DNA of 60,081 nt, counting the filler, from Diploschistes diacapsis (lineage: Eukaryota), in the NCBI GenBank assembly GCA_023645945.1. It is 5 parts of 5 records of this genome, joined end to end, with 100 filler letters (N's around TTAATTAATTAA, not from the genome) between each part and the next. Parts side by side here need not be neighbours in the genome. Positions count along the whole stretch, not along the records: positions 12,051 to 23,989 come from JALAIB010000781.1; positions 24,090 to 36,026 come from JALAIB010000782.1; 3 more parts are not named here. One strand, 5' to 3'. The position numbers and the translations under genes are program-made. Under the pieces are notes generated by a model, which was not told the origin of the DNA, made no database searches, and worked only from the letters and a program-made list of their open reading frames with translations. Below, one piece after another: positions 13,447 to 26,228 of the stretch (position 1 is the first letter of the stretch; each line of letters opens with the position of its first letter).

Positions 13447-15953
13447 GGCTGTTGTGTTGGTGGGGGGGTAAGAAGGGCGGAAGAGAGGAAGAGGCAAGGC
13501 AATGTGTGCAGGAGATGTACTCGAGAGCACCTTTCCAGAAGCTGGTGCTCGTCTACTTTGTTTACCCGGTATTTCAGCGCGAGGGTGGCTCGTTTGCATG
13601 CATGCGTGGGTCTGTACGGTAGCGGTAGCGGTGTGAGGTGTTGAGCATCATTCTTGTTTCTGCATTCAGCAAGTTTGTCCGGGTTGAACGTGATGTGGAC
13701 ATTCATTCGAAGGCAACAGGCCTTGTAAGATTCCAACGGTTGAGGGACAGAGAGAGAAGAGTACTTGTATGATAAATGATGTATGGACGCTGGGTGGGGA
13801 ATGCGCTGTGCTCGTGATGAACGACTGGCGGTAGTATTATTGTCTGGCAGACTGGAAATATTGTAACTTTCTCCTAGAGTCTAATGTTCTGTGAAGTGTA
13901 AGATCCCTCTGACATAGAATTGCTTTCCAATAGCTCCAAGTTCTTATGGTGCTGTACCAGGCATGGCTGGATATGATGGATTCCTTGGCAGATGCCTCTG
14001 GTAGCGGGCTGGAAGGTGCCTTCAAACGCTTCAAGTCGTCCAGACATAGTAAGCTTTATGTTCGAGACGATGTCGCTGCGGATATTGCTTGGATACTAAC
14101 AGCATCTGATGGAAGAGCGGTCGACCTAAAGTCCGCTATCATCATGAGGGACTGCTACACAGTGGCTTAAGAGTCCTGCGTCTGCTCAATGATATGCATA
14201 TCGAGCTTTTAACTGATGGAATGATGCTGCATTGAAGGAGCCTGAACTTGCCTTTTCTAGCCGAGACTCTTCGGAGACTAATTTATATCCTGAACTGCGC
14301 TGAGCCTAGAGGTCAGCCCTAAAAGACTTCGCAATATCAGAAAAATAAACAGACAGAAAACTTGTGTGGCGATAAGCATCCATACCCTACCTGGCTGCAG
14401 TAGCATGTACCACGGTCTCCCAGATACCTCGGCGCACTGTACTTGCACTCTTGGTCTCGCGGTTCCTGCACTACTGTAGGTACAACAGGCCGGATATCTC
14501 GGAGGAGCCTCCTGCTCTGGGCGTGCCAGTGCAGTGATCCTACCTGTAACGTTGCAGTCTTCTAGAGACCTTCTTTGAAAGTGCAGGCGGTGAAGTAAAG
14601 ACACGGCTGCCAGAACCCTCCCGGAGATCCATCAGTCGCGCAGTAGTACCAGCAGTGGGGTAGGGCTAATGCGGCTTTAAAGTAGGTTAGACAAAGCAAC
14701 ATCTAGAGGCGGGATCATTGAGATGAACATTTTGCAGCGGTGAGCAAACTGTAAATCGCCAACAGAATTATGCTCAGCTAGCAGATGATATTGTCCCCAA
14801 TGTGTTTTTTTTTCAGTGTCCACTCGGTATAACCGATAAGGGCTCGAAGGAAGACTTGCAATGGGACCGGAGTGCTTAACGGTTGAAGAAAAGGCCAGAA
14901 TTTTGTGGAGGGGCGGGTCTTGTGTGCGAGCGCACTAGCTGGCGGATTTAATAGGCGAGCCCCTTTTTGTGGGATTCTTTCGACGTTGTAGAGGTGGATC
15001 GATGCGTTGGTGATGTGGCACAACTGGTTTGAGTTGAAGCACTTGGGCCCAACGTTATATGCAGGTCTCTGGGGCAGGAATGCTCCATTGGGCTTCATGA
15101 GACCCTCCGCAGTAACAAGAGCCGCAAGGGGGAAGAAATTATTCAAGTCAAGACCCTGGGGCCTCATTGTCGAGGCCCATGACCGATGTCAAATATAGCC
15201 ACAGGTCAAATCAAGATGAACGGTGTTTCCAAAAATCTGCAGCATTGGGCGTCGAGCTTCTTGATTCGTCTGGCTATTTAATCTGCCTGTACCTATAGGC
15301 TATGCCCCTACATCCGCTGCATGCGCTTCGAGTTCGTTCTCCAATGTCCTCAGAGCTGCGAGCCTCCTAGCACGGTATTTTTGGGGAACCTCAAGAAATT
15401 TCTTCCAATGTGGGGGGGATGAACTAGACCAGCGGTTGGCGGCAGTGGGATCAGCGTACCGAGAGCTTGTCAAAGACGTTAAACGAAGCTTCTGACAGTG
15501 GAGGTGAGAGCTTATGCCGAATGCATGCATGCATGCATTAAGCAGCCAAAGAGAGCCAACGCCGACTCATGCAACAACCCTCTTCTACTTCTACCAGCGG
15601 GACCAGAGCGAGTTAAGCCATACAATACAGCTCTGAAGTGAATGTGCCTGAACAGGAAGAGATGCACTATTTTGGCGGGCCGGTATTGTGGTATTGAGAC
15701 AGATGGCTGGATAAATAAATAATTAATTAATTCTGAAAGAGCGTCTCTTGGTAGAGCAACATCAACATTAACATCGACATCGACATCAACATAGGATAAG
15801 TTACAGGTCTGGCATCCCCTATTATTGATTCTTGGTAAAACTTGGTATTCACGTTCACGAATGGCCATCAGGTGGTATTGTAGTATGTGGTATGCGACAG
15901 TCTGGAGCCTGGAGGCATCATTGAGAGACACTGCAATTTCCGCTAGTCTGCCG

Positions 15954-15995
15954 CTCTCTCTCTCTCTCTCCCTCTCTCCCTCCCTCTCTCCCTCC

Positions 15996-16033
<38 letters not shown>
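15954..16033. repeat. Compound (CT)n/(CTCC)n microsatellite
   Basis: About 80-nt pure pyrimidine tract on the + strand. Confidence 0.95.
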
Positions 16034-16036
<3 letters not shown>

Positions 16037-16458
16037 TCTGTCACCCCGGCTGGTCATGATTTCCTTTTGCAAAAGCAGCCATTCCAGTCAATCACCAATC
16101 ACAGCTCTCAGTACATTATCAATTACGATGCATCATCATCATCATTATCGTTATCAATCATTGCCCAGCCTTTGCCACTATTCAACTGGTTTTTCGCTGG
16201 GCTGTGGACCGGACGCTGGCTAAGACCCGGGGATCGTATTGATTAGAGAAAAATCAAGAGGCCACGCAACAACAACTGAACATCAAGTGATTCTCGATGG
16301 TACTGTATTTATTTTAGTAGCAGGTTCTAGATAAGGGTCATGGGAGCTTTAGTAGCAGGCCGACAGGCCCATTGTCCGTGCTGGGGCTGACCCGTGTGAA
16401 GCAGAAAATGCATGGACCAGCCCCAGGCTCTATCCAAAACGGGGCTTGTCCAAAAGGT

Positions 16459-16487
16459 TCAGGTCAGGTCAGGTCAGGTCAGGTCAG
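16459..16487. repeat. (AGGTC)n pentanucleotide repeat
   Basis: tcaggtcaggtcaggtcaggtcaggtcag. Confidence 0.9.
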
Positions 16488-18269
16488 TCGACCCGGAACA
16501 AGACTGGATCAAACTCGGACTAAGCCTGAAATCTTGCGAATCTTGCGAATCTTCCAGCACTTTCTGTGTAATAATTCACGCTCTTTGTTACAGCTAGAGG
16601 GGCAGTCTTTCACAATCTATGACATAAATGGCATAAATGACATAACTCTGTGCATAACTCTGAACATAGTTATGTTTATGCTGGATATACTTTTTATGTC
16701 AGTCGGTTGTGGACTTGTTGCCTCCTGTTCATATTTCATTCACCGCTCGAATACTGCATTGTCGACACAGAGGACGAAAAACACTTGGACACCTAGCATT
16801 GGGTGCATTCTTCATCTCTTCCCCAGTTTTTCTCAGGTAGCCGAGCAACTACTCGCCCAGCTAAGATTGGCGGTGCAGTAGTTGCTCGACCGGCTTCTCG
16901 TTGTTTACCCAACCAGTCACTTTGTTATGCGTTTGTAGCGATGACGACGCTTTCCTCCTGCTTCTCTAATTCTCTAATTCTCTTAGTTCTCCTAGTTTCT
17001 CCTAGTCCTCCTAGTGCCTGCCGCCGATTCCTAACTAGTCCTATAGGTTCCTTTGGCCGATTCAAATGCACCAAAAAGCAACAATAACAATTTAGTCGCC
17101 TGCTCTTCCACTGCCAAGCTTCCTCCCACCTACTCTCTCCTGTCAATACCCAACCCCTAAAAACCAAACCGCTGCCCGCTTTATCCAACTTCTTACCAAC
17201 ATCCCGTCTCTCCCAGAGTTTGCAGCCACTCTCTCAGCTCCCACGATAATACCTGTCATAATAGCAATTGCGTGTTGCACCCCCGTCGAGCTCTTCATAC
17301 TCTCTGGTCTTCTCCCTCATTCTCTCATCATCTCCTAGTCCCCATCGTCGTTCTCTCTCAACCCGTTCCTGCAATCCTCCCGCTTCCACACCATTCTTCC
17401 GACCACCTCGACTTTCTAAAATTCGATCCGACCTTAACGTACTTCCTACCCTGTCTACAAGTTCAAACGAGAGTTCTTTGATAGTTGGTCTTGGTGGGAG
17501 GAGAATAAAGGCTATCAACTTGTCCAAACACCTCTTCAGGGCCTGGCTTTGCCTCGATTCAAGCCGAACAACGCTCGACATTGTCAAGCTTCAATAGCTA
17601 GAGTCCACAAACTTCCAACGGTCCAGTGCTTGCTTTGGGCCTCCAGTCACGCTTTGAAGACTGGAGTGAGCTTCTACGAGCTCGCACTGCTGCCTACCAG
17701 CAAAAAGATCTGGTGACCATCTACGTTGCTATCGGGGCCCCGTCAAGCTTTTCTCAATTCGTACCACGAATCCACGCAGCGGCCCTTTTCCTAGTCATCG
17801 ACTTGTCGAACATTCGGCGTCCCTTCCTTTCCAGCATTGCCTTGTGGTCAAAACACGTCGACCCATCCTTCTACTCTTCGACCCTCTCGTTAGGAACGTT
17901 TCAAACCTTATATCTGGTAATAGGATGAGCTCATAACGACCTTTTTCAATACTATTGCATGCACCACTTTTCGAGCATTGCTTGCCACTACGACGGACCC
18001 TTCCCTTTTTTCTATTGAATACTCTTGTACATGATTTAACTGACTGGACGATCGGAGTTGTTTTGTGGTGATTCCCATGAACCCTTTAGTGGACAGCGAT
18101 CTCTAGCCTTTCCTTCCCTTGTCTATCTTCCGGTATTCTGCTTATTCTGGTACTCTCGACTTATCAGCGTCTTGCTCGTAACATCTTCGACCTTTCGATT
18201 CTGCAGCTGCCATTCGGGACGTCACCCAAATCCATCGACCAAGTTCTCATTGGCTGCCTCGATAGCTCA

Positions 18270-20258
18270 ATGGCTTGCATGAAGAATGGCTTTCGGGAAG
18301 GCTCCATTCTCGATGGCCGCTTCGTTACTGTATCTCCGTTGAACCACGGATCTTTTGGAATGGTATTTTTGGCAGAGGATATGAAGACGGACGAACTTGT
18401 TGCCATCAAGTGTCTTACCAAGCAATCCACGACCTCTCCCTGCCCCGACAGCGCTACCAATGATCATCTTATCGAGCTGCTTTGCCACGATCGTCTTGGC
18501 TACCACCCAAACATCGTCAATTTGCTACATGGTTTCGAAACCGATGCTCACATGTTTTTGGTTCTGGAGTTTTGCTCGATGGGCGATCTTTACGAAGCTA
18601 TCCGCATGGGCCGGGGCCCTTTGGAGACGGAGCATGTCAGGGCATTCATGCTTGAACTCATCGATGCCGTCGAATTCATGCATGCAAAGGGCCTCTACCA
18701 CCGCGACATCAAGCCTGAAAATATCTTTCTTGATGCCGATGGCTCGATGAAGCTTGGTGACTTTGGCCTGTCAACGACCGAGACCTGGACCTACGAAGCC
18801 TGCGTTGGCAGCGATCGTTACATGGCACCCGAGCAATATGACCCCTCGGACGTTGGATACTCTCCGGCTCAAGCCGACATCTGGTCCATTGGCATTTGCT
18901 TGCTGAACATCTTGTTCTCTCGCAACCCGTTCGTCACGCCCACAGAGTCGGATGTTTTGTATGCCGACTTCGTTCGCGACCGAGAATCTTTGTTCGACGT
19001 TTTCCCCAGCCTGTCACAAGATGCCTTCGATGTTTTGATCCATGCTTTGGCGGTCGACCCCACCAAGCGCTCCCTGTCCGCCGTTCGTGCTGCTCTCGAG
19101 CGTGTCACTACCTTTACCTCGGATGACGACGTCCTCGACGAGTTCTGCACCGAGGGCAGAGAGGTCGTTCCCGCCACCGCCAACCGCCAACCCTTTCGCA
19201 CTCCATCCATCCAGAGTCCTCCGGTTGATCAGGGCGGTGCTTTCCCGTGGTCCAAGGTTCTCCACATGACTTCTCCTCGTCAGCTTTCCGTCATCCACGA
19301 CGATGAACTGTTCCCTGAGCATCCGGCCGCTGCGTGGTCATCCAATCAGGCCGATGCCTTTTCGATCGGTTCACTTTTGGATTCCACCCTCGGAGCCTCC
19401 ATCAAGTCCATGAACCTGCGCGAGCCCAAGGCTCGTGATCCACCTCGCGCAGAACCTGCTCCGATCTCCGAGTCTGTGCCCACTGCTGGCTCCAAGGCTA
19501 TCAAATCCATGTCTACGATCTTTGGCAAAAAGGACAGCACCATGTCGAAGAGTTGGAGCGACTTGTGGGATGAGGACGAGGAAGAGGAAGGCGAGGAGCT
19601 TGACGCTCGCCGTCGCTACAATGCTCGCAACTGGAGCTCCGAGAGCGTCGATCAGGATGTTACCATCGGTCGCAGAGGGCTCTCGGAGATAACAAACACT
19701 GCCGCCGCCAACTCCAGAACACAAAGTCCACCGGCTCAGGCCGAGTTTTGTGTTTTCGGTGACAGCACCGAGGATGTGGCTTCCATCGACTTGCATCCTC
19801 AGCCTTCTCCCAAGACCTCTGTTTACTCTCCTCCTGCTAAACGCTCCGTCATGGACAAATGGGCGGCATTGGGCAATCGACGTCGGGCAGCAACGACTGA
19901 GCCATTGGACAAGTCAACCGGGTCTGCGGCTGCCGGCGCAAAGTCCGTCTCTGGAGGAACATGGCGCCACGGGTTCGGGTTGAAGGCTTTTTCTGGGAAC
20001 AAGGATTTCACTTTTGGGGATGGTGTCAATTTGAGCTCTGGCAAGGGTTTGGGGTTCGCTGGCTGGAAGCATCGGGGTGAGGACAAGGCTGGCAAAGAGA
20101 TACCCGGGGCTGTTAAGATCAGAGATTGGCGCCGTGATAACCATCATGTTCATCGTTATCATCACGGCCACGCCGAAGACGATGATTTCGACTCGCTCGA
20201 TATCATCGACAACGGTGACGTTGAATGGGTTGGGGGTTGGAAAAACTCCCAATTGTGA
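18270..20258 (+). CDS. KSP1: Ser/Thr protein kinase, Ksp1/Ran1-like
   Basis: LNHGSFGMVFLA, VAIK, YHRDIKPENIFL, KLGDFG, CVGSDRYMAPE, ADIWSIGICLLN; C-terminal KSWSDLWDE and DKWAALG blocks typical of fungal Ksp1. Confidence 0.88.
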   Translation: MACMKNGFREGSILDGRFVTVSPLNHGSFGMVFLAEDMKTDELVAIKCLTKQSTTSPCPDSATNDHLIELLCHDRLGYHPNIVNLLHGFETDAHMFLVLEFCSMGDLYEAIRMGRGPLETEHVRAFMLELIDAVEFMHAKGLYHRDIKPENIFLDADGSMKLGDFGLSTTETWTYEACVGSDRYMAPEQYDPSDVGYSPAQADIWSIGICLLNILFSRNPFVTPTESDVLYADFVRDRESLFDVFPSLSQDAFDVLIHALAVDPTKRSLSAVRAALERVTTFTSDDDVLDEFCTEGREVVPATANRQPFRTPSIQSPPVDQGGAFPWSKVLHMTSPRQLSVIHDDELFPEHPAAAWSSNQADAFSIGSLLDSTLGASIKSMNLREPKARDPPRAEPAPISESVPTAGSKAIKSMSTIFGKKDSTMSKSWSDLWDEDEEEEGEELDARRRYNARNWSSESVDQDVTIGRRGLSEITNTAAANSRTQSPPAQAEFCVFGDSTEDVASIDLHPQPSPKTSVYSPPAKRSVMDKWAALGNRRRAATTEPLDKSTGSAAAGAKSVSGGTWRHGFGLKAFSGNKDFTFGDGVNLSSGKGLGFAGWKHRGEDKAGKEIPGAVKIRDWRRDNHHVHRYHHGHAEDDDFDSLDIIDNGDVEWVGGWKNSQL

Positions 20259-21185
20259 ATTGAGCGGCAAGATATTGCTTTCAAGAGCGGCATCCATGGG
20301 CGGATGTTGTTCTCGAAGCAGCTATGGGCGGGGCTTTGAGTAGTCCGTGCTTCCCTCGTGGGTCCGGAGCTCTCCCCGATAGTCTCAAGACTCGGTTCAC
20401 GCATGTTGTTCTTTCTGGCTTTAGATGGATAGCTCTAGCGTTCTAGCTGTTAGCTCTCTTGAGCGAGACTGAATTACATTTACCCACTCACTCAAACTTT
20501 TCTCGCAAGGTGATAGTCGTCATGGACGGTCAGTGTTGTGATCTCATTGTGCTCCTGAATCTCATTACCCCACCTATTTGATGTTACGAATATGCTTGGA
20601 AGACAGTATTATCACGTTGGTTCTATTAGTGATACGCTCATGAAAGGCTCCCGAATCCTGTATACTTGTGTTGCATAACTTCTCGGCCTCTTCATTTCGA
20701 GTACTATATATTTGTAGTGGTCCAAAGCCTATCCTAGACAGAAGAGCAGGCGTCATTCCCCATTCCCCTGCGTCCACAGTTTTGAAAAGTATCTACACGG
20801 ATTGCGTTCGAAAAGGGTGGGAGTTGGGGGTTTACGGAGACGTATTTCGAGCCGCACCACAGATCCCCCAATGCTTCATCAAGCGAAGAAGACCCCGGAT
20901 GATAATACAAAAGGCGCTGTACACACGTTTTTTTCAAAACCCTGCTGAGCCGAGATGAGATTTTGAAATTTGGGTGGTGGAGGAGGAGGAGGAGAAGCTA
21001 GTGCTTTTGGTATAATAGGCCTTTGGGGGACTCGTTCACTTCGATGCTGTATGTTTGTATTGGTCAGGTTGCCGAGCCGGGACTTGGAAAAGTTGTCTTC
21101 TCTTCGGTTAAAAAAAAAAAAGGAAGAAAAAAAAGAAGCGCGATGGTTGATTGAGTCTCGAGCAATTCCGGAAGATTTTTGATGG

Positions 21186-21192
<7 letters not shown>

Positions 21193-21216
<24 letters not shown>
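21193..21216. repeat. (TG)12 microsatellite
   Basis: Direct inspection. Confidence 0.9.
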
Positions 21217-21426
21217 CGGCTTTGGTCAAGCCCCTATCCAGCAGTGAATTGGGAGGGGCGGGGATATGGATACCGGTGTATGTGGATGTGCAAGGAACTT
21301 ACCGGCGATGTGCTCACGCACCCCCCAACTCGCCCAAGCTGAGGAACTCGAACCTTGTAGGGGTGGTGATGGGGTCATGTTTTGGGGTATGACCATGTGT
21401 GCTCCCGGAATGGCTCTCCGGATCTA

Positions 21427-21445
21427 ATATATATATATATATATA
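21427..21445. repeat. (AT)n microsatellite
   Basis: Direct inspection. Confidence 0.85.
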
Positions 21446-23989
21446 CCATCTGCGGGGAAACAAAGGGGTTAATCTATCATGAGGAAGGTTGAGAAGCTCT
21501 GGGTGAATGAATGGTGGATTGTGGATGGTGGTAAGACTCATCGAGTCTACTTACCCTCGTCTATTCTGTTTACTTTCTCCTCACTCGAGCCGGGAAAGAT
21601 ATCTTATGTCTCGGCTTTGGTAGCTGCTCTACTTGGCCAAAAACCTTATTACTTTCTTAAAGTGGGTTGCGGTTTTACTCGTTGCATATCTTCTGCGCTT
21701 TATACATCCCTAATATAGGCACAGGCAAGCCAAGATCCATCATGTCCGAACTCGGGCCAAGAGGGTCGCCCTCTTCCTGCCCCAATTTTGAACTCTCAAC
21801 ATCAAATCTCCATCCCACTGCACCACAGCCATCACCCGAAGAAGGTCGTGCTCTGCAGCGCTCCTCCTCCTCCGATGTGCGAGTATAATGAGTCTTAGCG
21901 AATACCTTCTAAACCCAGCCACATCCTAGTCCACGCTCAATGAAAGAGCACTCTCTATCGAACGATCATCCTCTATGGCAAACACTTACGGGAACCGCAA
22001 AAGACGTTCTCCAAACGGTAGGAATCGATTGGCTTGATGTATCACTCCTCGAGCACCAAGTCCCGTCCTTGTAGGAAGAACGCCGCCTCAGTTACTCATG
22101 AGTATCGATTGCCGTTCAGAACCGACGCGGGTTTGGCCGGCAGCTGTTGAGGAAACGAAACGGAAGCTGACCGAGGAGGGCTCGGGAGAGGTAGCGGTCG
22201 AGTGGCATAGGCGCCCCCAGAGGTTCTCGGAATACTCCGTAAAACCCTTGAGAGCTCAAAACCTACCGTTATAACCATCAACGGATCAAGTTATCGGCCG
22301 CGCAAATGCGGATTGGGCTCAGCTCACAATGCAGGTCCAGAGTGTGCCGATAAAGAATGGTTTACAGGACTGGGAATGAATTTGCGTATGGAAGGATCAG
22401 GTTCTTGAGATCAGAATCGTGAGCGCCAGATACGCTGGAGATGGCCTGGACGTGGTAGGAGCCACGTTCCCCGGTAGCATTGGTGGTTTTATCGGTCTTG
22501 CGGGTGCTTCCGACACGCAGATGCGGTGCTGTACTATGACCACGCATCAAGATCCTCGTGCAGTTCAAGTCAGAAGCCCAGGTCTGATTACAAAGACTCT
22601 AAAGACACCATGGCTGGGCTCATAGGAGTGCTCGGAGAATGAGCTGGCTGCTGAATTGTGCTCCCACGGACACAGGCTTCGCTTATATCATATTATCATA
22701 TAGCCGGAGGACTCCTCGAATCCTCTTGCTAGTATTTTGAATCTTAAACATTTATTTTTCCCTTACCACTCTGCTTGCGTTATATACATGGATATACTCT
22801 TGACACCTACCTTATTAAACGGGTCAGTATGCTGGAAAGTGTAACTCGATTGCATCCGGTGTTCAAATGAGGTAGCTACAGATTTAACAAAAAGCTACTG
22901 TGAGATACTGCTTTCAAGGGATCAGTGTTTCAATTGTTCAATCTGTCGTTAAGAATAGACCGTTCACTACTAAGAAAAATGCGCGGCTAAGCGCGGTGTG
23001 GAGGCGATTTTGACCTCCGAAAACAGAGTTACAATGGGCAAATTTATACCTCTTTTGGGGCTAGCTTGCTTTGTCGATTGAAAACAGGAAAGCGCGCTTT
23101 TCGGTTCCTCTGCTTTGAAACGAATGTCGCTTTTCAGCAGCCTACGCCAAGGAAGTCACTTGTTTTTGAGATTCAGATGCGAGATATCATTGCGGTGGAT
23201 GCTCCTGCAGCGCGCCGCAAGTACTTTCATTCCTCTAAATGACATGCGATCGGTTGAAGCATGGTGCTGGAAGGCAGAAGACAGGCTGAATGGAGGGCTC
23301 TCTCGCCTGTAAAACCACAGATATCAACCCTTTCAAATCGACTTTGCCTCTTAACGCCCTCCTCATCATCAGCTGGACCTCTTCACATAAATTGTGGCAA
23401 GCAAAAGTCTTTCAAACCTTATCTCCAACGGAGATTCTTCCGGTTCCCACCAATGCGCTAAGCTGGCCCACAAACAACCTTGAGTCTCCGCTTCTCCTAT
23501 GAATCTTGGGCCGTGCATGCAGCGCAAAGAAGAACTCGCTCAACAATATGCCGCCGTTATTGAGCGGAACTCGACGATGTTCCTTCTCCACTCGAGGTCG
23601 TTCTGACACTTGCGCTAATCAGTTGAACTTATAGCCAATTGAGGCTTCAGACAGCTTTCGAATATGTGAGATATTGATTTTGTGATCAGCTACTCATCTT
23701 GCATCTATCTTCTCCCTTCAACCGGCTGCATGCTGAGACCGAGCTATACTGCAAGCAAATCTAGCTGTCTTGACCGAGTCTCCAGGATTAATCGACCGGT
23801 TTGCTCGCTCTGGTTGCCCCTACCTTTCGCGCCGAGCCATTACTACTGAATTTGGCCTTAGAGCACCTGCAACCACGACCCCCCCAATCTCTACACCAAG
23901 CCAGGATCCTCGAAGCTTTCTTTTCAACGCCGGCCATCCTTTCCAAACTCTTGCCCTCCTTCAGACTGCACCATGTCTCCCCCTCCTCC

Positions 23990-24089
23990 NNNNNNNNNNN
24001 NNNNNNNNNNNNNNNNNNNNNNNNNNNNNNNNNTTAATTAATTAANNNNNNNNNNNNNNNNNNNNNNNNNNNNNNNNNNNNNNNNNNNN
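23990..24089. other. Artificial contig-joining linker
   Basis: 44 N + TTAATTAATTAA + 44 N. Confidence 0.98.
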
Positions 24090-24334
24090 GGGCGGAGGAG
24101 GGGGGGAAGAGGAGGAAGAAGGGGAGGAAGTGAGTGGAGCGTGCGGAGGATGTTGGGGAGGTTTGGGAATGGAGGAAAAGGGGGAGAAGGCTGGGTTTTA
24201 CATAGCTAGCCAAGCGTTGAAAGGCACCTCAATGCATGTTCTAGCGGATTGGGCAATGGCTGACGACTTCTGTGGTAAGCTGTAGAAGCGGGTACAGCTG
24301 CTAGCAAGGCACCTCATATCTGGCCCCCCTTCGT

Positions 24335-25249
24335 TTACATCTTCTTCAACGCCGCCCTCAACGACTCCTCCAGATCCTCTTCCTCCAATCCCAGAATGCC
24401 ATTCGCAAAGCGCTCATCCTTGGTCCAATCGCTGTTCGTCACGCAGACGCCAAACACGACATTCCACATCGCCCCCTGATCCCCTTCCTTCTGGGACTTG
24501 GCCACGTTCTCCTCGAACCACTTCTCAGAGCTCTCCCTACTGACCTCAAACTTGCTGCCCGTAACCTTCTCCAGCGCCGCCACCAGCTCGTTCTGCGACT
24601 TGCAGAAGCTCTGCACGAACAAGAACCTGTTGCGCGTCTCCGCCTCGTGCTAGAGCACGCGCACAACCGCCCTCGCAACCTGCGCCAGGTTGGTCACCGA
24701 GAACTTTCGGTCCCCGTCATCCAGCACCAGCGCCGTCCCCTCGCCCAGGTCGAGCTGCAGGAAATGCCCCTTGGTCACCAGAAACGCCCAATCGAAGAAC
24801 ATCCCGTTCCCGATCGCCGTCCAGGTCAGCCCGCCGCTCCCCGCCTCGCTGTTCGCCTTGGCCTTGAGATAATCCAGCAGCTCCCTCTTGGGGCCCCATA
24901 CCCCGGGCGCCATGGCGACGTTTTCGTCGCTTTCGGTGTCGCCCCCGAACTCCCCGGGGATGAAGCGCTTCACGCCGGCCTTGATTGCGGCGTCAACGAA
25001 ACGCTTCTGTACGGAGGTTGAGGTCGTGGTGATAGTGCTGACGACGGCGTCCTGGCCGGCGAAAGCGGCCTCCAGGTCGGACTCGGGGTAGGAGTCTAGG
25101 ACGGTGATGACGCGGACGGTGGAGGGGTAGGTGGTGGTGGAGGATTCGCGGGTCAGGACGGTGACGGTGAAGGATTTTTGGAGCTCTTGCAGCGTAGGCG
25201 TGCCAAGGGAGCCGCCAGCGCCGATGAGGAGGACGGTTTTGGTTGCCAT
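24335..25249 (-). pseudogene. NmrA/isoflavone-reductase-like oxidoreductase interrupted by one in-frame TAG (24652-24650)
   Basis: VLLIGAGGSLG Rossmann motif, AAIKAGVKRFIPGEFG, WTAIGNGMFFDW; the frame continues through the stop as AVVRVL*HEAETRNRFLFVQSFCKSQNEL to TAA at 24335; no intron signals at the stop. Confidence 0.75.
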
Positions 25250-26228
25250 TGCGTTTGGCGTGGGTTATATCTTAGTATAGAACGGTTGGGTTCTCGGCTA
25301 GCTGGTGGCTGCGATTGCTCTTTTGTGTGGATTTGGAGCGTGTGATCCTCCCGTTTGTCCTGCACTAGACAGAGCGACCACTGGTCTCCTTTACATACAT
25401 CTTCCCACTCAGTGATCTTGAGGTCCGAAGCTTTCGACCGCTGCCGACAGCCAGGGTCTCCCCCGCAAGATCTAAGCAGCGTAACATTAACTCCATCTTT
25501 AAGCCGAGAAGGGTGGTGCCTTGCTTCGTAATTGTTCGACAGCGCTGCAATACGGGTGGGGGGGAAAATGATGTCTGCCTGTAACATGCCAGGGTTCCAT
25601 AGCAATTGATTAGCAAACGTCGCTGCTTGAAGGCAGATATTATTGATCAGCACGGTCCGCTTTCGAAGATGTAGCGAATGGGATGTCGTGATGGCATGTT
25701 GAAGAACGTTCGGGCTTCCCGAGATGTCAAGGCTCGGTCGGCCTTTGTCGTCAGCGAAGATCGAAGATCTCGGAGTTGATGGCTGCAGAAATTCCCTTTC
25801 TTGGAATCGAAAAGCAGACACACTAACGTGCCATATAGATCACGTGAAGTTTCCTGCTGTGATTAGCCCTAGGAGGCTGAAACCTCGTCGGCGCATACAG
25901 ATCGCCTTTACTGTTAAGAATCCTGACACTCTCTTTACATCGTCTAATCATATCTCCCTTCTCATATCTCCCTTCGAAGCATCATGAACCAACCTTCCAT
26001 TTCCTCAATCTCCAGCTTATCTGCCTGAAGAAGGCGCGTTCAGTTTGGGTTCGATATTATATGCTTCCCAGGCCAGCCAAAAGAGGTAAATTATACTTGA
26101 TGGTATTTAAAACTGAAACTGTGGGTTAAGGTTAATACGTTAACCACGCCCTTGTGCGGGAGTCACAAACACTCTTATTGCTTATTGATACAAGTTGCAA
26201 GTAAAACATTTCAATCAATACACCATTT

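Noticed and set aside
15512..16223. ORFs with (RE)n or (SL)n tracts
   Set aside because: They are translations of the (CT)n microsatellite.
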